A stretch of DNA of 64,000 nt from Polyangiales bacterium (lineage in GTDB: Bacteria; Myxococcota_A; Polyangia; Polyangiales; JADJQN01): assembly GCA_964202905.1 (NCBI GenBank), contig CAXNJO010000002.1:256001-320000 (forward strand). Direction: 5' to 3'. This document shows positions 39,758 through 51,361 of this stretch, one piece after another. Each line of letters opens with the position of its first letter. Position 1 is the stretch's first letter. Position numbers and translations under genes: made by a program. A model generated the notes under the pieces. That model was not told the origin of the DNA. It searched no databases and was given only the letters and a program-made list of their open reading frames with translations.

Positions 39758-41212
39758 ATGACCGAGAAGAATCCCTCCTTCGCCGCCCTCTTCGAGACCG
39801 GAGCCGCCAACGTTCCACCGCGTAGCAAGGTGCGCGTCGGCGACAAGATCGAGGCCACCGTCGTGCAGGTGGGCAAGGAGTCCGTGTTCGTCGAGCTGCC
39901 CGGGCGACGCCAGGGATTCTTCGACTCGGCCGAGCTCCACGACGCCGACGGCAAGCTCTCCGTGAAGGAGGGCGACCGCGTCCAGGGCCACGTCGTCGAG
40001 GTCTCGGCGGACGGCGAGATCCGGCTCGGGCGCACGCTCGGCAAGCCTGGCAATCTCGCGGGGATCGAGCAGGCGCGCGAGTCGGGCATCGCGGTCGAGG
40101 GCAAGGTCACCGGCCTGAACAAGGGCGGCCTCGAGGTCGACGTCGACGGCCTGCGGGCGTTCTGCCCCATCTCGCAGGTCGAGCTGCGCTTCGTGCAGGA
40201 CCCGTCCGTGTACCTCGGCAAGTCGCTGCGATTCCGCGTCACCGACGTCCGTGACGGCGGCAAGAGCGTCGTGCTCTCACGGCGCGCGCTGCTCGAGGAG
40301 GAGTCGCGCGAGGCGCAGGCGAAGACGCTCGCCACGCTCGCGATCGGGCAGTCGGTGCGCGGCTCGGTGACGAGCGTCCGCGAGTTCGGCGCGTTCGTCG
40401 ACCTCGGCGGCGTCGAGGGGCTCGTGCCGATGAGCGAGCTCTCGCACGACCGCGTCAAGAGCGCGGGGGACGTGGTGAGCCCGGGCGACGTCGTCGACGT
40501 GCAGGTGCGCGACATCAAGCCCGTGACGCCGCAGCGGCCGGGGGACGCGACCGTGAAGATCACGCTCTCGCTGAAGGCGCTCGCCGCCGACCCGTGGGAG
40601 CAGCTCGACGCCGTCGCGCGCGAGGGCATGGTCGCCGAGGGCCTGGTCACGCGCGTCGTCGAGTTCGGCGCCTTCGTGCGGCTCGGGCCGGGCATCGAGG
40701 GGCTGCTCCACGTCTCGGAGCTCGGCGGCAAGGTGCAGCACGCCGCGGACGCGCTGCAGCCCGGGCAGACCGTGCACGTCGTCGTGCAGCGCATCGACCG
40801 CGCCGCCCACAAGATCTCGCTCGCCCCCGCGCCCGAGGGGCTCGGCGCAGGCGCGACGGTGACGAGCCGGCGCGTCGTGGTCGGCTCGGTCGTCACGGGC
40901 AAGGTGGACCACGTCGAGACCTTCGGCGTGTTCATCCAACTCGAGGGCACGAAGGGGCGCGCGGGCCGCGGCCTCATCCCCAACGCCGAGCTCGCGACGA
41001 CGCGCGGAAGCGACACCCGCAAGCAGTTCCCGGAGGGCGCCGTGGTCACGGCGAAGGTCCTCGAGACGGGCGACGGGCGCCTGCGCCTCTCGATCAAGGC
41101 GCTCAAGGAGGACGAGGAGCGCGCGGTGTACGACGGCTACCGCGAGTCCGCGGCCGCGCCCGCACGCCTCGGCACCTTCGGCGACCTGCTCGCGAAGGCC
41201 AAGAAGAAGTAA
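39758..41212 (+). CDS. Multi-S1-domain protein (30S ribosomal protein S1 paralog)
   Basis: About 5 S1 repeats (NKGGLEV..AFCPISQ, FGAFVDLGGVEGL, FGAFVRL..GLLHVSEL); C-terminal GTFGDLL; 484 aa. Confidence 0.9.
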   Translation: MTEKNPSFAALFETGAANVPPRSKVRVGDKIEATVVQVGKESVFVELPGRRQGFFDSAELHDADGKLSVKEGDRVQGHVVEVSADGEIRLGRTLGKPGNLAGIEQARESGIAVEGKVTGLNKGGLEVDVDGLRAFCPISQVELRFVQDPSVYLGKSLRFRVTDVRDGGKSVVLSRRALLEEESREAQAKTLATLAIGQSVRGSVTSVREFGAFVDLGGVEGLVPMSELSHDRVKSAGDVVSPGDVVDVQVRDIKPVTPQRPGDATVKITLSLKALAADPWEQLDAVAREGMVAEGLVTRVVEFGAFVRLGPGIEGLLHVSELGGKVQHAADALQPGQTVHVVVQRIDRAAHKISLAPAPEGLGAGATVTSRRVVVGSVVTGKVDHVETFGVFIQLEGTKGRAGRGLIPNAELATTRGSDTRKQFPEGAVVTAKVLETGDGRLRLSIKALKEDEERAVYDGYRESAAAPARLGTFGDLLAKAKKK

Positions 41213-41276
41213 CGCGCGCGCGGGCCCCGGCCGTGGTGAACCACCCTTCAGCGCGGGGGCCCGGGGCGTGGCGTCG

Positions 41277-41759
41277 ATGAACGACCATTCAGTGTGTCCA
41301 TGCGGGAGCGGCGCGCCGTACGCGGCGTGCTGCGGTCCCGTGCACGAGGGGCGCGCCGAGCCGGTCAGCGCCGAGTGGCTCATGCGCTCGCGCTTCGCGG
41401 CGTTCGCGCGGGGCGAGGTCGCTTGGCTCTGGGCGTCCCTCCATCCCGATCACGACGATCGCGCGGAATCGCGCGACGACGTGCTCACCCACCTGCGCGA
41501 GGGGCTCGCGCGCGGCGTGCGCTACGAGGCGCTCACCATCCTCGACACGCGCGCCCCGGACGCCGAGGGCGTCGCGCGGGTGCTCTTCCACGCCCGGATC
41601 CAGGGCGGCGGACGCGACCTCTCCTTTGTGGAGCTCTCGAGTTTCGTGCACGACGGCGAGGGCTGGCGCTACCTCTTCGGGGTGCCCGTCCCGCGCGCGC
41701 GGCTGCGGGGTGACCCGCGCCGGCTGACGATCGGCGACGTCGAGCGCGGCAGCGGATGA
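41277..41759 (+). CDS. YchJ family SEC-C motif protein
   Basis: CPCGSG..CC..H, LMRSRF, ELSSF..WRY. Confidence 0.9.
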   Translation: MNDHSVCPCGSGAPYAACCGPVHEGRAEPVSAEWLMRSRFAAFARGEVAWLWASLHPDHDDRAESRDDVLTHLREGLARGVRYEALTILDTRAPDAEGVARVLFHARIQGGGRDLSFVELSSFVHDGEGWRYLFGVPVPRARLRGDPRRLTIGDVERGSG

Positions 41760-43036
41760 CGAATCCCGACCGACCCGCGTATAGTGCCGGCGGTTTGACG
41801 GGCTTCGAAGCAGACGATCCGACCGAGGTCATCGAGTCGTTCGCGCCCGGCGCGTTCTTCGCGGAGACCTATCGCATCGACGCGATACTCGGCGGCGGCG
41901 CCTCGTCGCAGGTGTACGCGGCGACGAACATCCACGAGGAGTCACACGTCGCGCTCAAGGTGCTGCGGCGCGAGCGGCACACGACGCGCGCCGACGCGGA
42001 CGAGCAGCACGCCCGCTTCGCGCGGGAGGGCGAGATCCTCCGCGCGCTCGTGCACCCCTCGATCGTGCGGATCTTCGACCTCGGGACCGCCCCGAACGGC
42101 ACGCCGTTCATCGCGATGGAGGCGCTCGATGGCGAGACGCTCGCGCGCCGCTTGGCCCGCGAGAAGGCGCTCCCGATCGAGCAGGTCCTGCGCCTTGTGG
42201 CGTTCGCCGCGGACGCGATCGATCACGCACACGCGCTCGGGATTGTGCACCGCGACATCAAGCCGGAGAACCTCTTCCTGCCGCGGGCCGGCGCGGTGCC
42301 CGTGAAGGTCCTCGACTTCGGGCTCTCACGCGTGCTCGACCCGGAGCAGCGGCTCACCGCCACGGGAACCACGATCGGCACGCCGCGCTACATGCCCGCC
42401 GAGCAGATCCTCTCGGCCCGCGACGCCGGCCCCGCCGTCGACGTCTACGCGCTCGCGGTCTGCGCGTACGAGGCGCTCGCCGGCACCTCGCCCTTCGAGG
42501 CGGCCGATCAGGCGCAGCTCCTCGGCGCCATCCTTCACGGCCGCCGCACATCGCTGCGCACGCGCCGCCCGGAGCTCCCGGCGGCCGTCGACGCCGTGCT
42601 CGACAAGGCGATGAGCACGCGCGCCGCCGCGCGGCACACGAGCGCCGTGGAGTTCGCGGCCGCGCTCTACCGCGCCGCCCAGCGCCAGCCGGACGCGGAT
42701 GCGCCCGCCGCGGTCGCGCACGCCGCGCTCGACACACCGGCCGTCGCGTCGGCCCCGGAGATCCCCGCGCTCGATCCCGATCGCCCCGACCCGGTCGCCG
42801 TCGCGCGGGCGGAGGTCAGCGCCCGTCTCGAGAGCGGACTCCACCACGTGCGTCAGCACGGTGTCGACGGCGGACAGCCCCGCTTCGCCGGCCGCGGCAC
42901 GCCCACGCCGCCCGCCCCGTCCAGGCGTCCGCCCGCGGCGCAACGCACGACGCCGCTGCAGTGGGCCATGCTCGGCGTCGGCGCGGTCGCGATGCTCGGC
43001 CTCGGCGTGCTCGGCGCCTGGCTCCTCTTCGGCTGA
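41756..43036 (+). CDS. Ser/Thr protein kinase with C-terminal TM anchor
   Basis: VALK, HRDIKPEN, DFG, GTPRYM; ATGA overlap with the YchJ gene. Confidence 0.92.
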   Translation: MTNPDRPAYSAGGLTGFEADDPTEVIESFAPGAFFAETYRIDAILGGGASSQVYAATNIHEESHVALKVLRRERHTTRADADEQHARFAREGEILRALVHPSIVRIFDLGTAPNGTPFIAMEALDGETLARRLAREKALPIEQVLRLVAFAADAIDHAHALGIVHRDIKPENLFLPRAGAVPVKVLDFGLSRVLDPEQRLTATGTTIGTPRYMPAEQILSARDAGPAVDVYALAVCAYEALAGTSPFEAADQAQLLGAILHGRRTSLRTRRPELPAAVDAVLDKAMSTRAAARHTSAVEFAAALYRAAQRQPDADAPAAVAHAALDTPAVASAPEIPALDPDRPDPVAVARAEVSARLESGLHHVRQHGVDGGQPRFAGRGTPTPPAPSRRPPAAQRTTPLQWAMLGVGAVAMLGLGVLGAWLLFG

Positions 43037-43042
43037 GCCCGT

Positions 43043-44758
43043 TCAGTCTGCGGCGAGCGGCCGGTCGTCCGCGAGCGCAGCGCTCTCGGCGAGCGCATCC
43101 CCGTCGTGCACGAGGTCGAGCTCGGCGCGCGCGAAGCGAACCGCCGCGGCCGTCGCGCGCGCGTCGCGCTCGTGGACGAGCGACCACTGCGCCTGCTCGA
43201 CGAGGAGCGCGGCCTCGAGCGCGCGACCGAGCGTCAGCGCGAGCCGACGTGCGCCCCCCTCGACCTCCGTCGCGGCGCCACGCCCGAAACGCTCACTGAG
43301 CCACGCCGCGGCGTGCGCCACCGCGCGCTCCGCTTGCGCCGCGACGGCGACGAGCCGCACATCACGCGCCGCGCGCCCCGCGCGCCGGACCTCCTCGAGC
43401 ACGCTCTCGAGCCCACCATCACGCCCGAGGGCACGCAGCGTGTCGAGCGAGAGCACGTTCGTCGTGCCCTCCCAGATCGAGAGCACCTGCGCGTCGCGCA
43501 GCAACACCGGCAGCCCGGTGTCCTCGACGTAGCCCGCGCCGCCGAAGGCCTCGAGCGCCTCGCTCGCGACCGCGACGGCCTGCTTGCCCGTGACGAGCTT
43601 CACGATGGGCGTCAGCACGCGCAGCAGCCGCGCGTCGTGCGCTTCGAGCGTGCCCGCCTCCTCCTGCCCGAGCAGCGCGGCGACGCGGAACACGAGCTGC
43701 GTCGCGGCCTCGTGTTCCGCGGCGATCCCCGCGAGCGTGTCGAGGTGCAGCGGCTTCTCCGAGAGCGGCGCGCCGAACGCGATCCGCTTGCGCGCATAGT
43801 CGCGTGCGAGCGCGATCGCACGGCGCATCCCGGCGACGGCGCACACGGCGTTCCACGTGCGCGTGACGCCGAGCATCGGCGCGATGTGCCGCGTGCCGTG
43901 CGCGCTCACGCCGGGCACGACGAGCCGCGCAGGCGTGCCGTCGAGCGTCAGCTCCGCCGTCGGCACCTTGCGCGTGCCGAGCTTGTCCTTGAGCCGATGC
44001 ACGAGGAGGCGATCCGGCCGCCCCGCGGCGTCGTGCGTCTCGACGTAGAAGAGCGCGAGCCCAGCACCGCCCGGGCCGTTGCCGACAGGCCGCGCGAGGG
44101 TGATCGCCATCTGAGACGCGATGGCAGACGTAAACCATTTGCGTCCGTGAAGGCGATACGTGCCGTCCGGCTGCGGCTCGGCGACCGTCTCCGAGCGGCC
44201 GACGTCGGAGCCGCCCGTCGACTCCGTCATCCACTGCCCGCTCGTCCAGAACTGCTCGGGATCGCGGCTCGTCAGGTGTGGCAGCGCCCGGGCGATCAAG
44301 GCCTCGTCGCCGCCCGCGAGCAGCGTGCGCGCGGCGCCGTCCGTCATCGCGAGCGGGCACGAGTAGACATCCGTCGAGGGCGCGAACAGGTACACGAGCG
44401 CGAACTGGTGCACGCGCGAGAGCGCGCCGTGTCGCCGCTCGTACGCGGTCGCGACGAGCCCGTGCGTCGCCGCGAGCCGCTCGGCCTCCTGCCAGAGCGG
44501 CGAGACGTCGATGCGGTCGATGCGCTCGCCCCAGGGCGCGAAGTTCGTGAGGCGCGGCTCGTTCAGCCGGTCCTCGAGTTGGCGGCGGTGGAGCGCGCCG
44601 CCCGCGAGCGCGCCGAGCTCGCGCAGGGCGGGCTCGATCTCGCCGAGCACCTGCGGACCGAGCACGCGCGCGAGGTGCGAGCGCAGCACGCGATCGTCGT
44701 CGTATTGGTTGCCGAGCTCGGGCGCGGGCTGGTTGAAGGGGATCACGACGGGCGGCAT
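43043..44758 (-). CDS. Acyl-CoA dehydrogenase (AidB-like)
   Basis: SCPLAMTDG, GQWMTESTGGSDV, KWFTS, RLKDKLG, SIWEGTTNV. Confidence 0.92.
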   Translation of the reverse strand: MPPVVIPFNQPAPELGNQYDDDRVLRSHLARVLGPQVLGEIEPALRELGALAGGALHRRQLEDRLNEPRLTNFAPWGERIDRIDVSPLWQEAERLAATHGLVATAYERRHGALSRVHQFALVYLFAPSTDVYSCPLAMTDGAARTLLAGGDEALIARALPHLTSRDPEQFWTSGQWMTESTGGSDVGRSETVAEPQPDGTYRLHGRKWFTSAIASQMAITLARPVGNGPGGAGLALFYVETHDAAGRPDRLLVHRLKDKLGTRKVPTAELTLDGTPARLVVPGVSAHGTRHIAPMLGVTRTWNAVCAVAGMRRAIALARDYARKRIAFGAPLSEKPLHLDTLAGIAAEHEAATQLVFRVAALLGQEEAGTLEAHDARLLRVLTPIVKLVTGKQAVAVASEALEAFGGAGYVEDTGLPVLLRDAQVLSIWEGTTNVLSLDTLRALGRDGGLESVLEEVRRAGRAARDVRLVAVAAQAERAVAHAAAWLSERFGRGAATEVEGGARRLALTLGRALEAALLVEQAQWSLVHERDARATAAAVRFARAELDLVHDGDALAESAALADDRPLAAD

Positions 44759-44854
44759 GGCTCGGGCGGTTCTACCAGACGCGCCGCCGCGGGGCGCGCG
44801 GAGCGTGGGCTGCGCTCTTGACTCGTCGCGTCATCGGTGTACCCCTCGCGCCCC

Positions 44855-46060
44855 ATGGCCGAGAAAATCCTGCTGCTCGAGAGCATCCACACGGTCGCGC
44901 GCGACCAGCTCGTCGCCGACGGTTACGACGTGGAACTGCTCAACACGTCCCTCAAGGAGGACGAGCTCATCGCGCGGCTCGCCGGCGTGCAGGTGCTCGG
45001 CATCCGCAGCAAGACGCAGGTCACGCCGCGCGTGCTCGACGGCGCGAAGGACCTCGTCGCCGTGGGGGCCTTCTGCATCGGGACGAATCAGATCGCGCTC
45101 GAGCACGCGATGCGCCGCGGCGTGTGCGTGTTCAACGCGCCCTTCTCCAACACCCGCAGCGTCGCGGAGTTGGTGCTCGCCGAGATCGTCGTGCTCGCGC
45201 GGCACCTCGGGGACCGCAACGGCGAGATGCACCGCGGGCAGTGGCGCAAGGTCGCGACGGGCTCGCACGAGGTGCGCGGCAAGACCCTCGGCGTCGTCGG
45301 CTACGGGCACATCGGCCGGCAGATCGGCGTCATCGCGGAGTTCTTCGGGATGCGCGTCGTCTTCCACGACGTCGCGCAGCGGCTCCCGATGGGCAACAAC
45401 CAGCCCTCGACCTCGCTCGACGGGCTGCTCGCGCAGGCCGACTTCGTCACGCTCCACGTCCCCGAGACGCCGCAGACGAAGAACCTCATGGGCAAGGCGG
45501 AGCTCGCGAAGATGAAGCGCGGCGCGTGCCTGTTGAACCTCTCGCGCGGCACGGTCGTCGACCTCGACGCCCTCGCGGACGCCCTGCGCGCGGGGCACCT
45601 GGCGGGCGCCGCCGTCGATGTCTACCCCGAGGAGCCCGAGGCGAACTCGAGCGACGGCTTCCGCACGCCGATCCAGGGCCTGCCGAACGTCGTGCTCACG
45701 CCGCACATCGGCGGCTCGACGCTCGAGGCGCAGGAGTCGATCGGCCGCGAGGTTGCGACCTCCCTCACGAAGTACCTGACGAGCGGCGCGACCGCTGGCT
45801 CGGTCAACTTCCCCCACGTCGAACTCCCGCGCACCGCCGGCACGCACCGCGTCATCAACGTGCACCAGAACGTACCCGGCGTGCTCCGCGACGTGAACAA
45901 GATCGTCAGCGACCACGACGCGAACATCCTCGCGCAGGTCCTCTCGACGAACGCGGACATCGGCTACCTCGTGATGGACTTCGACGCGCGCGCGCACCAC
46001 GCGATCGCCGACGCGATGCGCCGCCTGCCGACGACCATCCTCGCGCGCGCCGTCGACTGA
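44855..46060 (+). CDS. serA: D-3-phosphoglycerate dehydrogenase (E. coli-type, ACT domain)
   Basis: GIRSKT, FCIGTNQ, NAPFSNTRSVAE, GYGHIG, TPHIGGST, HQNVPG. Confidence 0.96.
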   Translation: MAEKILLLESIHTVARDQLVADGYDVELLNTSLKEDELIARLAGVQVLGIRSKTQVTPRVLDGAKDLVAVGAFCIGTNQIALEHAMRRGVCVFNAPFSNTRSVAELVLAEIVVLARHLGDRNGEMHRGQWRKVATGSHEVRGKTLGVVGYGHIGRQIGVIAEFFGMRVVFHDVAQRLPMGNNQPSTSLDGLLAQADFVTLHVPETPQTKNLMGKAELAKMKRGACLLNLSRGTVVDLDALADALRAGHLAGAAVDVYPEEPEANSSDGFRTPIQGLPNVVLTPHIGGSTLEAQESIGREVATSLTKYLTSGATAGSVNFPHVELPRTAGTHRVINVHQNVPGVLRDVNKIVSDHDANILAQVLSTNADIGYLVMDFDARAHHAIADAMRRLPTTILARAVD

Positions 46061-46172
46061 GCGCGCGGCAGGTTCTGCCGATTCGCCGCGCGTGGAGGTC
46101 ACCCCAACCGCGCGGCGGATGGGCTGGCCCGAGCGCGGACCGGCGCCCTCGCCTCAGGCCGATGCGGCGCGC

Positions 46173-47577
<1,405 letters not shown>

Positions 47578-47699
47578 GGGGCGCGCGAGCCTAGGATGTG
47601 TGGAGTCCGGGTGCCACGTCGTGCGGGGCGCCGGGCGACACGCGTCGCGGCACCGCGGCGACACCACGCGACGCGGCTGGGGTGACACGACGGAACGAC

Positions 47700-47732
47700 G
47701 AAGCGCCGGAGAGGGTCTCTCTCCGGCGCTTC
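47700..47732 (-). terminator. Terminator of the atp Fo operon
   Basis: gaagcgccggagag..ctctccggcgcttc perfect stem after atpE. Confidence 0.75.
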
Positions 47733-47768
47733 CGATCCCGCTCGCGCGAGCGCGGCGCGGACTGCGGC

Positions 47769-48080
47769 TCAGGTGAGGCCGAGCGCGATCACGAAGGCGT
47801 AGATGACCAGCGACTCGATGAGCGCGAGGCCGAGGATCATCGGGACGAGGAGCTTGCCCGAGGCGCTCGGGTTGCGGGCGATGCCCTCGAGCGCCGCGGC
47901 CGCCGCGCGACCCTGACCGAGCGCGCCGCCGAACGCCGCCACCGAGATGGCGATCGCGGCCGCAATGGCCTTGGCCGCGGCAGCGTCGTACTCGTTCGAC
48001 TGCGCGTCCTGCGCGAACGCCGTCGAGGCGACGAAGAGGGGGGTGAGGACCGACACCAGAGCGAGCATCTTCTTCTTCAT
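47769..48080 (-). CDS. atpE: ATP synthase Fo subunit c
   Basis: [23 protein letters not shown]. Confidence 0.96.
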   Translation of the reverse strand: MKKKMLALVSVLTPLFVASTAFAQDAQSNEYDAAAAKAIAAAIAISVAAFGGALGQGRAAAAALEGIARNPSASGKLLVPMILGLALIESLVIYAFVIALGLT

Positions 48081-48157
48081 CGGGGAGTCTCCTTACGATT
48101 GCGCGCGGACTTGTGTGAGCCGGAGAGAGCGGCCGAGACGGGCGACCTCGCCCGCGA

Positions 48158-48955
48158 TCAGTGCTCCTCGTGAGCGATGGCGAGGGCGATGTAGACGGTC
48201 GAAAGCAGACAGAAGACGAGCGTCTGCACGATGACGACGATCGTGCCGAGCAACATCACCGGCACGGGGACCAGGAAGGGCACGCCCGGGACGAGCCCGA
48301 GGAAGATCGTCACGACCATGTGGTCGGCGGCCATGTTCGCCATGAGGCGGATGGCGAGCGAGATCGGGCGGGCGATGTGGCTGATGAGCTCGATACCGAG
48401 CATCAGCAGCATCAGCGGGAGCGCGTACCACTTCACGATCGGGCCGAGGAAATGCTTGAAGTACGCGAGGCCGTTCTCCTTCACCCCGTACACGTGCGTC
48501 GTGACGAAGATGACGGCGCCGAGCGCGAGCGTGGTGTTCATCTTGCCCGTCGGCGGCGAGAAGCCGGGGACGAGGCCGATGCCGTTCGACAGCAGGATGA
48601 AGAACGCGCAGGTGCCGATGAGCGGAAGGAAGAACTTCGCCGCCTTCGGGCCCATGACATCCGACATGAGACCGTAGATGCCGCCGACCATCACCTCGAG
48701 GGCGGTGCGGACGGTGAGGGTCTCGTCGGGGACGATCGCCTTCGCCGCGTCCTTCACCTTGCCGTAGGCCACGAACGCGAGGCCCGCGAGGATCACGGAC
48801 ACGAGCAGCGACGTGAGGACGTGGTCGAGACCGATCGCCTCGTGGGCGTACCAGCTCTTGCCACCTTGACCGAAGGAGAAGGTCTCGCCGAGGTGCGCGA
48901 GATCGACCCCGAGCTTGCCGAGCAGGAGTGTCAGCCAGGATTCGCCGTGCGGCAT
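48158..48955 (-). CDS. atpB: ATP synthase Fo subunit a
   Basis: FILLSN..GLVPG..PPT, ELISHIARPISLAIRLMANM, IVQTLVF. Confidence 0.96.
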   Translation of the reverse strand: MPHGESWLTLLLGKLGVDLAHLGETFSFGQGGKSWYAHEAIGLDHVLTSLLVSVILAGLAFVAYGKVKDAAKAIVPDETLTVRTALEVMVGGIYGLMSDVMGPKAAKFFLPLIGTCAFFILLSNGIGLVPGFSPPTGKMNTTLALGAVIFVTTHVYGVKENGLAYFKHFLGPIVKWYALPLMLLMLGIELISHIARPISLAIRLMANMAADHMVVTIFLGLVPGVPFLVPVPVMLLGTIVVIVQTLVFCLLSTVYIALAIAHEEH

Positions 48956-49422
48956 CAGTGCTCCTTCCGCGCTGAATCGAGGGCCGTGTCGGCGAGCGCG
49001 CCGTCCACGGAGGGACCGCCCGCGAGGGCGAGGCCGTCCGGCCCCAGGGTGAGTGGCTCGGCTTCGTCGGAGCCGAGGCTTTGCAGGGCGCCGACCGAGA
49101 GTCCGACGACGAGCGCGCCGAGGCCGAGACCGAAGCCACCCGCGTGCAGTCCGAACAGGCCGATGACGACCCAGACGATCAGCCCAAGCACGCCGAGCTT
49201 CGTGGCGAGCAGCGTCATCATCGCGGCGCGGGTGCGGGTGCTGCCGCGCGCCACGCGCGTGAGGATCCAGCGCAGGAACTGCCAGTTCCCGAGGGAGACC
49301 GCAGCGCCCGCGAGGGCACCCGTGCCGACACGCAACCCGCCGAACGCATACGACGCGGTCACGGCGATCGCGGCGCTGAACGCGATGGCGGACGTGATTC
49401 GCTCGAGGGCTCGGCGGTCCAT
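48955..49422 (-). CDS. atpI: ATP synthase subunit I
   Basis: 4-TM protein directly upstream of atpB. Confidence 0.75.
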   Translation of the reverse strand: MDRRALERITSAIAFSAAIAVTASYAFGGLRVGTGALAGAAVSLGNWQFLRWILTRVARGSTRTRAAMMTLLATKLGVLGLIVWVVIGLFGLHAGGFGLGLGALVVGLSVGALQSLGSDEAEPLTLGPDGLALAGGPSVDGALADTALDSARKEH

Positions 49423-49542
49423 GGGGCGGGTCCTGATACCTGGGAGGGTGCGGGCGACCGGGAGGCGGAGGTGATGCGCGAGGGGCAGGCGGTCCGAGGG
49501 AGGGCAGTGGACCGAGGGGGACGCTGCGCGCCGGGGACGCGG

Positions 49543-49791
49543 TTAGAGCTTGTCGAGGTTCGTGCTGCGCGCGATCCGCACGAGGCCGCGAAATCCCGCG
49601 GCGATGCCGAAGAAGAGGCCGATGTACATGAGCCAGGGCTTCGTGCCGAACTGCGCGTCGAGCCAGCGACCGCCGAAGAAGCCGAGGCAGGTGGCGACCA
49701 CCATCTCGATGCCGATGGCCCCGAAGCGGCCGATCAGCTTCATCTGCTCCTTCCCCTCGGGACCGATCAGCGGCATCGCTCCCTCGGGCAC
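49543..49791 (-). CDS. AtpZ/AtpI family protein
   Basis: GIEMV..GGRWLDAQFGTKPW..GLFFGIAAGF. Confidence 0.85.
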   Translation of the reverse strand: MPEGAMPLIGPEGKEQMKLIGRFGAIGIEMVVATCLGFFGGRWLDAQFGTKPWLMYIGLFFGIAAGFRGLVRIARSTNLDKL

Positions 49792-49869
49792 TTCTTCTGC
49801 AGGGCCGGCCTGGGCGGACGGCCATCGCGGCGTGACCGCGACGCGTCTCCCGACCGGAAACGCGGGCCC

Positions 49870-49898
49870 CGTTTAGCACGCACGGGCGAGGGGGTCAA
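49870..49898 (-). promoter_or_regulatory. Putative sigma70 promoter of the atp operon
   Basis: TTGACC-N17-TAAACG with TG extension. Confidence 0.55.
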
Positions 49899-49946
49899 GG
49901 CCGGGCGCCCCCGCCCATCGCCCCGAAAATCGGGGCGCGGACGCGC

Positions 49947-51248
49947 TCAAGTCGCCGCGGGAGCCGCTGCCGCACGGAAGGCCGCCCGGGCCGCGGCGCG
50001 CGTCTTCTCGAGCGCGGCGTCGTCGTGCGCGAGGGACACGAAGGCCGCCTCGAACTGCGAGGGCGGCCAGTAGACGCCCGCCGCGATGAGCCCTGCGTGG
50101 AAGCGCCCGAACGCCGCGCGGTCGCAGCGGTCGGCGTCGCTCCACGCGCGCACGGGACCGTCGGTGAAGAAGGGCGTGAGCATCGAGCCGACGCGCTGCA
50201 CCACACAGGCGACCGACGCCTCGCGCGCGGCCTCGACGAGGATCGCCTCGACCTCGGCGGAGATGCGCTCGAGGCGCTCGTAGGTGCCGGGCTCGGCGAG
50301 GAGACGCAGCGTCGTGAGGCCCGCGGCGACCGCGAGCGGGTTCCCGCTGAGGGTGCCCGCCTGGTAGACGGGGCCCGAGGGCGCGATGAGCTCCATGATC
50401 TCGCGCCGCCCGCCGTACGCGCCGACGGGCACACCACCGCCGACGATCTTCCCGAGGGTCGTGAGGTCGGGCGTGACGCCGTAGAGCGACTGCGCGCCAC
50501 CGCGGGCGAGCCGGAAGCCCGTCATCACCTCGTCGAAGACGAGCAGCGCGCCGTGCGCGCGCGTCAGGTCACGCAGGCCCTCGAGGTAGCCGGGCTCGGG
50601 CGGCACGAGGCCCATGTTGCCGACGACGGGCTCGAGGATGAGCGCGGCGATCCGCTCTCCCTGCGCCGCGAAGAGCGCGCGCGCCGCGTCGAGGTCGTTG
50701 TAGGGGAGCGTCGCGGTGGTCGCGGCGACGGAGCCGGGGACGCCCGCGCTGTCCGGCACGCCGAGGGTCGCGAGGCCGCTGCCCGCTTTGACGAGCAGGT
50801 AATCGGCGCCGCCGTGGTAGCAGCCCTCGAACTTCACCACGAGGTCGCGCTTCGTGAAGCCGCGCGCGACGCGCAGCGCGCCCATCACGGCCTCGGTGCC
50901 GCTCGAGGTGAGCCTCACCATCTCGAGAGATGGCACCGCCTCGACGAGCGCCTCGGCCATGTCGACCTCGCCGGGGGATGGCGTGCCGTACGTGGTGCCG
51001 AGCGCCGCGGCCGCGGTGATCGCCGCGACGACCTCGGGGTGCGCGTGGCCGAGGATCATCGGGCCCCACGAGCCGAGGTAGTCGACGTACTCGGTTCCGT
51101 CCGCGCCGACGAGGGTCGCGCCGCGCGCCGCCTTCACGAAGACGGGCTCGCCGCCGACCGCCTTGAACGCACGCACGGGCGAGTTCACGCCGCCGGGGAT
51201 GCGCGCCTGCGCGCGCGCGAACAGTGCTTTCGACACGGGGTCCGACAT
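49947..51248 (-). CDS. hemL: Glutamate-1-semialdehyde 2,1-aminomutase
   Basis: PGGVNSPVRAF, SWGPMILGH, SGTEA, FDEVMTGFR, LGKIVGGG, YQAGTLSGNP. Confidence 0.97.
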   Translation of the reverse strand: MSDPVSKALFARAQARIPGGVNSPVRAFKAVGGEPVFVKAARGATLVGADGTEYVDYLGSWGPMILGHAHPEVVAAITAAAALGTTYGTPSPGEVDMAEALVEAVPSLEMVRLTSSGTEAVMGALRVARGFTKRDLVVKFEGCYHGGADYLLVKAGSGLATLGVPDSAGVPGSVAATTATLPYNDLDAARALFAAQGERIAALILEPVVGNMGLVPPEPGYLEGLRDLTRAHGALLVFDEVMTGFRLARGGAQSLYGVTPDLTTLGKIVGGGVPVGAYGGRREIMELIAPSGPVYQAGTLSGNPLAVAAGLTTLRLLAEPGTYERLERISAEVEAILVEAAREASVACVVQRVGSMLTPFFTDGPVRAWSDADRCDRAAFGRFHAGLIAAGVYWPPSQFEAAFVSLAHDDAALEKTRAAARAAFRAAAAPAAT

Positions 51249-51361
51249 GCGGGCAACGCTGGCCCCGCGCGGGAGCCCCGGCAAGCGCGATTCCTCGCCT
51301 CCGCGCGGCGCGCGCCCGTCGCCCTGCTCGCGTCACGCCGCATGCGCTAGCTTCGCGCCGC

